Below, in pieces: positions 28,281 through 37,950 of a stretch of 64,000 bases of DNA (its first letter is position 1; every line of letters starts with the position of its first letter). The notes beneath the pieces were generated by a model. It saw only the letters and a program-made list of their open reading frames with translations. It was not told the DNA's origin and searched no databases. Made by a program: the position numbers and the translations under genes. The DNA is taken from positions 38,616 to 102,615 of the forward strand of contig JALONP010000008.1 of assembly GCA_025454875.1 (NCBI GenBank), read 5' to 3'. This DNA comes from Bacteroidia bacterium. Its GTDB lineage: Bacteria; Bacteroidota; Bacteroidia; UKL13-3.

Positions 28281-29657
28281 TTACTTACCGATACAAAACT
28301 TACTAAAGATATTGCCCAACAAATCATCGGTGGTGATTTGCCCTGTGATTTCGCCCAGGTGGAAAATGGCTTTACGGATATCGAGCGCCAGTAACTCGCC
28401 ACTAAACCCATTCTGAATGGCATTAAGTACTTGCGTTAAGGCCTGATACGACAACTGAAACGACTCGTAATGCCGCGTATTGGTTACCACCAAGTTATTG
28501 CTGCTTTGGTTGTATGCAGTAAACTGTTGGAGCGCTTGCAGCAATTGCTCCATGCCTTGTTTATGCAATGATGAAATGGGAATAACCTGCTGCCCGTTTG
28601 CAGCTGCTGTGTTTCCTAAATCAATTTTATTGGCCACCAACAATAAGGTGTAATTGCCTTTAGGCAGTTGGGCCAACTCCTCGTTTAATTGGTTTTGGGT
28701 GGTATTGCTTGCATCAAACACGTACAGCACCAGTGCTGCTTTTTCAATGGCTTCGTACGTACGCTCAATGCCAATGGCCTCAATGGTATCGGCTCCTTTG
28801 CGTATACCTGCTGTATCAATTAACCTAAACACAATGCCATTCACCACAAAGGTTTCTTCGATGGTATCGCGTGTGGTGCCTGCAATATTGCTTACAATGG
28901 CGCGTTCCTCGTTTAACAATGCATTAAGCAAGGTAGATTTACCTGCATTGGGCTTACCTGCAATAACAGTAGGCACTCCATTTTTAACCACATTGCCGTA
29001 CTGAAACGATTGCAACAGCTGTTCTAACAATTGGTGTATTTGGGTTACCAATGCATGCAGTTCGGTTTTACTTGCAAAGGCAACATCTTCTTCGGCAAAA
29101 TCGAGTTCGAGTTCAATAAGCGAAGCAAAGTTAATCAGTTGCTCACGTAGGTGCTCAATTTGTTTAGAGTAACCGCCTCGCATCTGTTGCATGGCTGTTT
29201 GGTGTGCCGCTGCACTCTCGGCAGCAATTACATCGGCAACGGCTTCGGCTTGGGCCAAGTCCATTTTTTTGTTTAAAAATGCACGCAGGGTAAACTCGCC
29301 CGGCTTTGCCAAGCGCATTCCAGAGCGCACTAGCAACTCCAATACTTTTTGCAAAATATAGGTTGATCCGTGGCAACTAATTTCTACCGAATCTTCGCCC
29401 GTAAACGAAGTTGGGTTGCGAAACACACTCACCAATACTTCATCTAACAGAATATTGCCATCTTTAATTTTACCAAAATGAACCGTATGTGATGCGGCTG
29501 CTTCGAGGTTTTTGCCTGCAAACAATTGGTTAACGATGGCAATGGATTGTGGCCCACTGATGCGGATAACACCAATTGCTCCAACACCACTTGGGGTGGC
29601 CAGGGCGCAAATGGTATCCGACAAATCGGTATGAGGAAAATGGTTCATGCGCGGCAA
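28281..29657 (-). CDS. mnmE: tRNA modification GTPase MnmE (TrmE).
   Basis: G-domain motifs GKPNAGKSTLLNAL, DTAG; C-terminal CIGK. Confidence 0.95.
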   Translation of the reverse strand: MPRMNHFPHTDLSDTICALATPSGVGAIGVIRISGPQSIAIVNQLFAGKNLEAAASHTVHFGKIKDGNILLDEVLVSVFRNPTSFTGEDSVEISCHGSTYILQKVLELLVRSGMRLAKPGEFTLRAFLNKKMDLAQAEAVADVIAAESAAAHQTAMQQMRGGYSKQIEHLREQLINFASLIELELDFAEEDVAFASKTELHALVTQIHQLLEQLLQSFQYGNVVKNGVPTVIAGKPNAGKSTLLNALLNEERAIVSNIAGTTRDTIEETFVVNGIVFRLIDTAGIRKGADTIEAIGIERTYEAIEKAALVLYVFDASNTTQNQLNEELAQLPKGNYTLLLVANKIDLGNTAAANGQQVIPISSLHKQGMEQLLQALQQFTAYNQSSNNLVVTNTRHYESFQLSYQALTQVLNAIQNGFSGELLALDIRKAIFHLGEITGQITTDDLLGNIFSKFCIGK

Positions 29658-29680
29658 AAATAGGCAAACCCTATTGAATA

Positions 29681-31024
29681 TTATGCGCGGCCAAGGTGGA
29701 ATTCAATTAAGGGTTTGCGCCAGTTGCGCACGCCAGTTTGCACTTTGGCTTGCAATACATTTAAAATGGAATACAACCCAAAATACGTGCGGTTAATATA
29801 CAAGGCATGTTGCGATCCTCTGCCTTCTTTTGATTTTTTGAGTTCTTCCATTTTACTCACTTCTTCACCCATAGCATAAATAGCATCGATGTATTGGTTG
29901 TTACCAAAATCAAAGTACTCGTAATCAAATGGGGTGCGAAGCAGGTTGGTCATTTTCACAAACGCATCGGTAATATTGGCTTGTGTTTGTGGCGAGTCGC
30001 TGGCATTGATAATTTGTTGCTGCTCCATGATATACCGAATGCGCTCGGGACTGCTCATAATTTCTGGAACAAGCAGGGCAAAATAATTGAGGTAAAAATC
30101 TTCGGGAATTTCCTTAACGCAACCAAAATCAATTACACCCAACACGCCATCGGCACGCATTAAAAAATTGCCCGGATGTGGATCAGCATGTACTGCTTTG
30201 AGTTCATGCACTTGCATATCGTAAAAATCCCACATGGCCTGCCCTATTTTGTTGCGCACCTCTTGCGATGGATTGGTTTTGAGGAAATCATCCAAATGCA
30301 ATCCATCAAGCCAGTCCATGGTTAATACACGTTTAGAGGTAAACTGGCGGTAATATTGGGTAAATGCAAGGTTGGGAATATGCTTGCAGGCTTCGGTGAT
30401 ATGCAAGCTGCGCTCATACTCCAACTCATAGTCTGTTTCTTCAATCAGTTTGCCTTCTACTTCTTTGATGTATTTATCAAGCTCCTTTTCATTCATATCG
30501 AGCAACCTGAATGCAATGGGTTTTACGATTTTTAAATCGCTCTTGATGCTTTCGGCCACACCCGGATACTGAATTTTAACAGCCAGCTGTTGGCCATTGA
30601 GTGTTGCTTTGTGCACTTGGCCAATGCTAGCGGCATTGCTTGCTTTCATTTCAAATGAATCGAACAAGGCTTGAGGTGTTTTGCCAAACGATTTAACAAA
30701 GGTTTGTACAATAAGTGGCCCCGATAACGGAGGTGCACTGTACTGTGCCATTTGAAATTTATTGGTATACTGACGCGGCAATACATTTTTTTCCATGCTT
30801 AGCATTTGGGCAACTTTTAAGGCACTGCCTTTAAGTTCACTTAATGCATTGTACACATCGGTTGCATTGTCTTCGTGCAGTTCATCTTTGCTTAAACTGG
30901 GATCTACAATTTTTTTGGAGTAATGCTTGATGTAGTTGCCACCTATTTGCGCACCTGTTTTAACAAAGCGCATGGCGCGTTCAACTTTAGAACTGGGAAT
31001 TCGGTTTTGTTCCATGTTTAACAA
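29681..31024 (-). CDS. ABC1/UbiB-family atypical protein kinase.
   Basis: ABC1 signature AASIGQVHKA...HADPHPGN...IDFG. Confidence 0.8.
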   Translation of the reverse strand: MLNMEQNRIPSSKVERAMRFVKTGAQIGGNYIKHYSKKIVDPSLSKDELHEDNATDVYNALSELKGSALKVAQMLSMEKNVLPRQYTNKFQMAQYSAPPLSGPLIVQTFVKSFGKTPQALFDSFEMKASNAASIGQVHKATLNGQQLAVKIQYPGVAESIKSDLKIVKPIAFRLLDMNEKELDKYIKEVEGKLIEETDYELEYERSLHITEACKHIPNLAFTQYYRQFTSKRVLTMDWLDGLHLDDFLKTNPSQEVRNKIGQAMWDFYDMQVHELKAVHADPHPGNFLMRADGVLGVIDFGCVKEIPEDFYLNYFALLVPEIMSSPERIRYIMEQQQIINASDSPQTQANITDAFVKMTNLLRTPFDYEYFDFGNNQYIDAIYAMGEEVSKMEELKKSKEGRGSQHALYINRTYFGLYSILNVLQAKVQTGVRNWRKPLIEFHLGRA

Positions 31025-31069
31025 AGGAGATTAACGGAAAGCGAAAGTGAAGGGAAAGAGCGTAACGTA

Positions 31070-31705
31070 TTACGAGCCTGTTTTTTGCTGAAACAAAAAT
31101 TTACCAAAATCAAGTGCTGCATCCAGCGGCCCTTTTCCAATTAAGTCGGTAGCAAGGTTCACTGATTTTTCGATAGCGGCATCGGTTTTTTCAAAGCCCG
31201 CACTTTGGTCGTTAAGCCAAAACGTAAGCACAAACAAAAAGTTGAGCCACAAGCCATCGGCATAACGCTCATCGAGCCATTTGCGCTCGGCAAACTCTTT
31301 GTTCATGATACCCTCTTGCACAATTGGCTTAACCAATTCAATAAAACGCTTATGCAAACCCGATAAATAGGCAGGCCATTTAGGTAACTTTACGGTATCT
31401 CTGTTTTTTAAGAACACAGCGAAGGTGCGGTTGGGTTTCACCGTTTCAATAAACGTGTAAAACAACGACAGCAGTTTTTCGCGCGTTGAGTAACCTTGCC
31501 AAGGTTCGCTTTGGCTGCATTGTTCATACGCTTGGGTAAGCCAGTTTGCATAAATTGCCTTTTCGAGCGCCTCTAAACCTGAGTAATGCTCATAAAAAGC
31601 TTGCTCGGTGGTATTGGCATATTTGGCAAATACATAAACGTTGGCTGGAGCGGCATTGTGCTCTAACGTATAGGTAATATAAGCGTTAATGAGTGTTGGT
31701 TCCAT
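31070..31705 (-). CDS. TetR/AcrR-family transcriptional regulator.
   Basis: N-terminal HTH (NVYVFAKYANTTEQAFYEHYSGLEAL) plus a helical ligand-binding domain. Confidence 0.55.
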   Translation of the reverse strand: MEPTLINAYITYTLEHNAAPANVYVFAKYANTTEQAFYEHYSGLEALEKAIYANWLTQAYEQCSQSEPWQGYSTREKLLSLFYTFIETVKPNRTFAVFLKNRDTVKLPKWPAYLSGLHKRFIELVKPIVQEGIMNKEFAERKWLDERYADGLWLNFLFVLTFWLNDQSAGFEKTDAAIEKSVNLATDLIGKGPLDAALDFGKFLFQQKTGS

Positions 31706-31791
31706 ATACTTTTAAACAGCCCACAGGTGCGAATGTTTTGGTTTGGTTTCACAATTGACACAAGGGCATTATATTTGGAAACGATTATACC

Positions 31792-32937
31792 ATGAGATTA
31801 CGCCTGTTAGGGTTGCACCTGTTCATTTGCTTGAGCCCCATATTTGCTCAAACGTTCGAAATAGCCGAAGGCGATACCATTAACTTTACATCAGCATCTG
31901 GGGTTAAAAGTGGCTTTTGGCGTTACTACTGGCCCAATGGCGATTTAAAATATGAAGTATTCTACGAACAAGGCGAAAAAGATGGATTGGAGATACGGTA
32001 TTATGATGGGCAAGATTGCATTGAGTTTTCGAATACGTACCGCAAGGGAATGCTAGATGGACCCAGTGTTACGTTTCACCCAAATTGCAGTACCAAATGC
32101 GAAGAAATTTACAAAGAGGGCAAGAAACAAGGATACGAAAGGTGTTACGATCAAAACGGACTTATTCAAACTGAAGCCAATTTTGATAAAGGCGATTTGG
32201 TAGGAACCTATTCCCATTTCGACAAAAAAGGATTTGTAACCTACGAGTCGCCTACCAAAGAAACCACCCTTAAGTTTGACAAATTTATTAGTGGAGAATA
32301 CAAGATTAAAGATTCGACCATTTTTAATGTGTTTAAGCGAAACCCACAGTGGAAAAAAACAATGCTGGTGGTGGATATGACGGGGAGCATGTTCCCATAT
32401 ATTGGTCAGTTGCTGGTATGGTACAAAATGAACTTTGAAACCGAAATTGTAAAATACTATACGCTTTTTAATGATGGCGACAATATTCCGGATTCAAAAA
32501 AAGTAATTGGCTTAACGGGAGGCGTGCACACCTTTGACGCCAAGGATTTTAAAAAGTTTAAGAAAGATATTGAAGAGGTGCGTAAGCTTGGCGAGGGTGG
32601 CGATGACCCTGAAAATGACATGGAAGCCATTATCAAATCCATAACCTCACGCAGAGATTTTGGTGACTTAATTTTAATAGCTGACGATAGTGAAGTGCGC
32701 GATATGAAATTGCTGAAGCGCATAAAAAAACCCGTGCACATTATTTTGTGTGGAACCAAAAAAGGGATTAATCCACAGTACTTGCAATTAATGCAAAGCA
32801 CCAAAGGCAGCATTCATACGAGCCAGCACTCAGTTTTTTTTAAGCAGCTCAAAGATGGAGACGAATTTGTACTTGACAACGATGTGTTTGTGTACCGAAA
32901 TGGTGAAATTGTTTGGGTTGAAATGGTAGCTGATTAA
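31792..32937 (+). CDS. Secreted MORN-repeat (YwqK-like) protein with a C-terminal vWA-like domain.
   Basis: Signal peptide. MORN-variant repeats (GFWRYYWPNGDLKYEVFYEQGEKDG...). MIDAS-like VVDMTGSM. Confidence 0.55.
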   Translation: MRLRLLGLHLFICLSPIFAQTFEIAEGDTINFTSASGVKSGFWRYYWPNGDLKYEVFYEQGEKDGLEIRYYDGQDCIEFSNTYRKGMLDGPSVTFHPNCSTKCEEIYKEGKKQGYERCYDQNGLIQTEANFDKGDLVGTYSHFDKKGFVTYESPTKETTLKFDKFISGEYKIKDSTIFNVFKRNPQWKKTMLVVDMTGSMFPYIGQLLVWYKMNFETEIVKYYTLFNDGDNIPDSKKVIGLTGGVHTFDAKDFKKFKKDIEEVRKLGEGGDDPENDMEAIIKSITSRRDFGDLILIADDSEVRDMKLLKRIKKPVHIILCGTKKGINPQYLQLMQSTKGSIHTSQHSVFFKQLKDGDEFVLDNDVFVYRNGEIVWVEMVAD

Positions 32938-32938
32938 G

Positions 32939-33481
32939 TTGGATATAATGGTAAATTGGCAACCCATATTGGCAAACGAATACATTGAATTAACTCCACT
33001 GCAGCAATCGGATTGGGATGTTTTGTATGCTGTTGCCAGCGATCAATTAATTTGGGAACAACACCCCGAATCAAACAGGTACCAAGAAGCAGTATTTGCA
33101 TTGTTTTTTGAAAAAGCCATTGCCGATGGTGCACTGCTTATCATCCACAAACCAAGCGGATCCGTAATTGGCAGTACGCGTTTTTATGACGAAAAACCAA
33201 ACGTATCCATCGCCATTGGTTACACATTTTTAAGCAGAAGTTATTGGGGAAACAGAACCAACTTATGGGTAAAAAAATTGCAGCTGGACTATGCGTTTCA
33301 GTTTGTGCCAAAAGTGGTATTTCATGTTGGCTCAACCAACAGGCGCTCTCAAAAAGCCGTTACCAAATTAGGCGCAGTTCAAGTGCAGCATATTCTTTTT
33401 GAACGGCCTAACGGCTCTCAAACACCATCCATCGAATTTGAATTAACAAAAGAAGTATGGTTAAGCCAGCAAGGGCTTTAA
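32939..33481 (+). CDS. GNAT-family N-acetyltransferase.
   Basis: About 180 aa with a GNAT-like core. Acetyl-CoA-site residues not verified. Confidence 0.5.
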   Translation: MDIMVNWQPILANEYIELTPLQQSDWDVLYAVASDQLIWEQHPESNRYQEAVFALFFEKAIADGALLIIHKPSGSVIGSTRFYDEKPNVSIAIGYTFLSRSYWGNRTNLWVKKLQLDYAFQFVPKVVFHVGSTNRRSQKAVTKLGAVQVQHILFERPNGSQTPSIEFELTKEVWLSQQGL

Positions 33482-34369
33482 GGTAGCTGATTTTGTGGTA
33501 ACCTCTAATTGGTAGGTTGCACCAAACACCAATGGACAATTTTTGGCCTCATGCCCCGCAGGAAACCCCATTGCAACAGGATACGAAAATGCGGCAACAT
33601 GCTCAGCAATAATCGCTTCAGCCGATTTGCCAAACGGAACGGCATTGTCTTTCATATCGCTCATTCCACCAACAATTAATCCTGCCAGTTTGCTTAATTT
33701 TCCGTTGCGTTTGAGGTTTACCACCATTCGGTCTATATGGTAAAGGTATTCGTCTAAATCTTCTACAAACAATATGCAACCTTCGGTATCCATATCAGAG
33801 GCTGATCCGAGCAATGAATACAGTACCGACAAATTTCCACCAACCAATTTGCCCCTTACCAAACCTACGCGGTTAAATGCAGTGGGGGCGGTTTCATTCA
33901 GTGGTAGGTTGCCCAAAACAGCATCTCGCAGCAGTTGTAAACTTTCGGCATGCTGCAAATGCGTTTGCATATTAATGGGCATAGGCGCATGCAAAGTTGC
34001 AATACCACAATGCTTGGCAATATGCGAATGCAATACCGTGATATCGCTGTAACCTATAATCCATTTGGGGTGTTGGGTAAATGTTTCCCAGTTTAATGCA
34101 TCAACCATGCGTACGGTACCATAACCACCTCTTGCACAAAAAATAGCCTTTATGGTTCTATCGTCTAACAACCTCTGAAAACTGGCTGTGCGGTTGGCAT
34201 CTGACCCAGCAAATTGGTTTTGGATACTGTACAACTCAGGCTGAACCACAACCGAAAAACCCCAACTCTGCAACAGATCTATGGCAGGTTGCATTTCTTC
34301 TGGCGACACCTTACGTGCTGTTGCAGCAATTGCCACCGTATCTCCGGGTTGTAAAAAAGGAGGCAACAT
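33461..34369 (-). CDS. ldcA: LD-carboxypeptidase (peptidase S66, LdcA-like).
   Basis: Motif IGYSDITVLH with the nucleophile Ser in GYSD; about 300 aa. Confidence 0.8.
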   Translation of the reverse strand: MLPPFLQPGDTVAIAATARKVSPEEMQPAIDLLQSWGFSVVVQPELYSIQNQFAGSDANRTASFQRLLDDRTIKAIFCARGGYGTVRMVDALNWETFTQHPKWIIGYSDITVLHSHIAKHCGIATLHAPMPINMQTHLQHAESLQLLRDAVLGNLPLNETAPTAFNRVGLVRGKLVGGNLSVLYSLLGSASDMDTEGCILFVEDLDEYLYHIDRMVVNLKRNGKLSKLAGLIVGGMSDMKDNAVPFGKSAEAIIAEHVAAFSYPVAMGFPAGHEAKNCPLVFGATYQLEVTTKSATLKPLLA

Positions 34370-35463
34370 TAGGTGTACTTTTCGTCAAATTTGAGTTTAA
34401 TATCTGTTACAATTTGCTTCACTTCTTGTTCGTGTTGTTTGTCGCAAATCATCAATACATCTGGCGTGTCAACAATGATGAGGTTGTTTGCACTTTTAAC
34501 CACAACCAATCGGCCATCTTTGCCATTGGCGCTTATCATGGAATTGGTTGTATCGTACGCAAAAATATTCTTACCCTTTAGCACATTTCCGTTCGCATCC
34601 TTATCCGAAATTTCGTACAACGATGTCCAAGTACCCAAGTCGCTCCAACCAAAATCACTTGGAATCACAAACACATTTGATGCCTTTTCCATGATTCCAT
34701 AGTCGATTGAAATGCTTCTGCATTGCTCATAAGCCTTTTGCAATTCAGCCAGCTCCGTTGGCGTACCATAGTGCTTTGAAACTTCTTGGAACAACGCATG
34801 CATTTCGGGTAAATGGTTTTTAAACGCACGCCTAATAGCTGAGCCACTCCAAACAAAAATACCTGCATTCCATAAAAAGTCGCCAGACTCAATAAAGGTT
34901 TGCGCTATTTCGAGGGTTGGTTTTTCGGTAAATGTTTTAACCTTGTATATGTTGCTTTCTTGATCGTGTTCGATGTACTGAATATAACCATATCCCGTAT
35001 CAGGCCTATTTGGGCGAATTCCCAACGTAATCAATGCATCATTTTTTTGGGCATAACCTAACGCCTCACGGATATAATCCATAAACTTGTTTTCATCCAA
35101 GATAAGGTGATCCGATGGCGCTACAACGCAAACAGCATGTGTATTGATTTCATGAATTTTACTACTGGCAAAGGCAATGCATGCGGCTGTATTTTTTGCA
35201 GCAGGTTCGCCCAACACGCAGGCTTCATTAATCTCAGGCAATTGTTCTTTAACCAAACCCAAATAGTGCTGGTTGGTTACAATGAAAATATTGTCTTTTT
35301 CAAAGTGTTGTAAAAACCGTTTATATGTAAGCTGTAATAAGCTGCTGCCAATGCCAAGTATATCTAAAAATTGTTTGGGGTAAGTGCTTCTGCTTGATGG
35401 CCAAAAGCGAGTGCCAATTCCACCAGCCATAATGATGGCATAATGATTTTTATTTTTTTCCAT
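34369..35463 (-). CDS. manC: Mannose-1-phosphate guanylyltransferase.
   Basis: N-terminal IMAGGIGTRFWPSSR nucleotidyltransferase motif; 364 aa. Confidence 0.85.
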   Translation of the reverse strand: MEKNKNHYAIIMAGGIGTRFWPSSRSTYPKQFLDILGIGSSLLQLTYKRFLQHFEKDNIFIVTNQHYLGLVKEQLPEINEACVLGEPAAKNTAACIAFASSKIHEINTHAVCVVAPSDHLILDENKFMDYIREALGYAQKNDALITLGIRPNRPDTGYGYIQYIEHDQESNIYKVKTFTEKPTLEIAQTFIESGDFLWNAGIFVWSGSAIRRAFKNHLPEMHALFQEVSKHYGTPTELAELQKAYEQCRSISIDYGIMEKASNVFVIPSDFGWSDLGTWTSLYEISDKDANGNVLKGKNIFAYDTTNSMISANGKDGRLVVVKSANNLIIVDTPDVLMICDKQHEQEVKQIVTDIKLKFDEKYT

Positions 35464-35656
35464 TAACTGTTATCTTCACACCATGTTCACCGCAAATACC
35501 TATTTCCTGCGGCTATGATTTATGTCACAAAGAAAGATTTTATATTCCATATTTTCAAAAAATGGCAGAAGCGTTTAACTTCGTGCCCCTTTTTGTTAAA
35601 AACCAACATAATGCAACTTTAACACCACCGCATTATGCTACTAAAACAACGCAAGT

Positions 35657-37900
35657 ATGAAAGCAGCGAAACCGGCAAAAAAAACTGCAACCAAAGTTCC
35701 CTCTTCAAATGGCTCCAAAAGCTATAACGCTAAACAAAGCCTGCAAGAGTTTTTTGGCTTTGATAGTTTTAAAGATGAGCAAGAGCAAATCATTAACAGC
35801 TTGCTTGACGGCAACGATTTGTTTGTGATTATGCCAACAGGTGGTGGTAAAAGTTTATGCTACCAATTGCCTGCGCTCATGATGCCTGGAACTGCTATTA
35901 TCATTTCTCCGCTCATTGCGTTGATGAAAAATCAAGTAGATCAAATTCGCTCATTTAGCCACGATAATGTTGCTCATTTTTTAAACTCATCGTTAACCAA
36001 AACAGAAATTACCAAGGTTAAAAAAGATGTTACAGATGGCAATACCAAAATGCTTTACATTGCTCCTGAAACGCTCAAAAAGGATGAAACGCTTGACTTT
36101 TTAAAAAGCATCAACATCTCATTTGTAGCAGTAGATGAAGCGCATTGTATTTCGGAATGGGGACATGATTTTAGACCTGAATACAGGCGCATCAAATTGA
36201 TGGTAAAAGAGATTAAGGATGTACCCATGATGGCTTTAACTGCCACTGCAACACCAAAGGTTCAACAAGATATTCAGAAGAACTTGCAAATGAACGATGC
36301 ATTGGTGTTTAAATCGTCCTTTAACCGCAGCAACCTGTACTACGAAGTTCGGCCTAAAGGTAAAAAAGCCGATGTAATGAAAGATTTGGTGAGTTATGTA
36401 AAAACCAAAAAAGGGAAATCAGGTGTTATCTATTGTTTAAGCCGCAAAAAGGTTGAAGAAATTGCCGAGGTGCTTAAAGCAAATGGCATTAAAGCATTAC
36501 CTTACCATGCAGGCTTAGACGCCAAAACACGCGCTGCACACCAAGATGCCTTTTTGATGGAAGATACCGATGTGATTGTGGCTACTATCGCATTCGGGAT
36601 GGGAATTGATAAACCAGATGTACGCTTTGTTATTCATTACGATGTTCCAAAGAGCATTGAAGGGTATTACCAAGAAACGGGTAGGGCTGGACGAGATGGA
36701 ATAGATGGCGACTGTATTTTGTATTACAACCCAGCTGATATTGACAAGTTAGAAAAGTTTATGAAAGACAAGCCAGTTGCTGAACGCGAAATTGGCGAGT
36801 TATTGATTTTTGAAACACAAGCTTTTGCTGAAACCGCAGCATGCCGCAGAAAATTCTTACTCCATTATTTTGGTGAAGAGTTTAATGATCAACATTGCGA
36901 CAAAATGTGCGACAACTGCCGCCACCCTAAGCAAAAAGAAGACGCAAAAGCATCGGCTGTAATGGCCCTTGAACTGATCAAAACCATTTCTGAAAAACAC
37001 GTACTCAAGCATGTTGTGGATGTTTTGGTTGGAAACAAAACACATGAGGTTACATTAAACGACCACCATAAATCGCCCTTTTTTGGCAAAGGCAAAAAGC
37101 ATGACGAAAACTACTGGAAATCCTTGATAAGGGTATTGTTGCTGCAAGGGTATGTAAATAAGAATATTGAAAATTATGGTTTGTTAAGCATCAGTGCCAA
37201 AGGTGAAGCCTACCTTAAAAAACCAACTAAGCTTGAAATTGCCATAGACCAAACATTTGAACGTGTGCTCGACTCTGATGAAGACTCGAATGTAGAAACG
37301 GAGAATGTGTATGACGAAGTATTGTTTGGCATGCTCAAAGACCTTACAAAAAAGGTAGGTAAACAATTAAACTTGCCACCCTATGTAATTTTTCAAGAAC
37401 CATCACTTGAAGAAATGGCATTTAAATTTCCGATTACCATTGATGAGTTGAGTAAAATTTCGGGAGTAAATAAAGGCAAGGCCACCAAGTACGGCAAACC
37501 ATTTATTGACCTAATTGGCAAGTATGTTGAAGACAACCAAATTGAGCGATCAGAAGATGTGGTTGTAAAATCAGTTGTAAATAAATCCGCTAAAAAAATT
37601 GCCATCATCACCAATATTGACAAAAAGCAAAGCCTCGAAGACATTGCACGCAGCATTGGAATGAATATGCAAGAATTGTTAGATGAGATTCAGAACATTG
37701 TGTACTCAGGTACCAAGCTTAATTTAAAAACCTATATCAACGACATAGCTGATGAAGACATTCAAGATGAAGTGATGGACTTTTTTAGAAAAAGCCAAAA
37801 CGATTCGCTTGAAGAAGCATTGGCCGAATATGGAACCGAATTTTCAAAAGAAGATTTGCAACTGCTACGCATTCATTTTATTTCGGAAGTTGCATATTAA
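35657..37900 (+). CDS. recQ: ATP-dependent DNA helicase RecQ.
   Basis: Helicase motifs (MPTGGGKSLCYQLPA, DEAHCISEWGHDFRPEY), Zn-binding Cys cluster, HRDC-like C-terminus. Confidence 0.95.
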   Translation: MKAAKPAKKTATKVPSSNGSKSYNAKQSLQEFFGFDSFKDEQEQIINSLLDGNDLFVIMPTGGGKSLCYQLPALMMPGTAIIISPLIALMKNQVDQIRSFSHDNVAHFLNSSLTKTEITKVKKDVTDGNTKMLYIAPETLKKDETLDFLKSINISFVAVDEAHCISEWGHDFRPEYRRIKLMVKEIKDVPMMALTATATPKVQQDIQKNLQMNDALVFKSSFNRSNLYYEVRPKGKKADVMKDLVSYVKTKKGKSGVIYCLSRKKVEEIAEVLKANGIKALPYHAGLDAKTRAAHQDAFLMEDTDVIVATIAFGMGIDKPDVRFVIHYDVPKSIEGYYQETGRAGRDGIDGDCILYYNPADIDKLEKFMKDKPVAEREIGELLIFETQAFAETAACRRKFLLHYFGEEFNDQHCDKMCDNCRHPKQKEDAKASAVMALELIKTISEKHVLKHVVDVLVGNKTHEVTLNDHHKSPFFGKGKKHDENYWKSLIRVLLLQGYVNKNIENYGLLSISAKGEAYLKKPTKLEIAIDQTFERVLDSDEDSNVETENVYDEVLFGMLKDLTKKVGKQLNLPPYVIFQEPSLEEMAFKFPITIDELSKISGVNKGKATKYGKPFIDLIGKYVEDNQIERSEDVVVKSVVNKSAKKIAIITNIDKKQSLEDIARSIGMNMQELLDEIQNIVYSGTKLNLKTYINDIADEDIQDEVMDFFRKSQNDSLEEALAEYGTEFSKEDLQLLRIHFISEVAY

Positions 37901-37950
37901 AAATACATTTGCTTAACAAAACAAACCTACTTACCTAACCAACCAAAACC

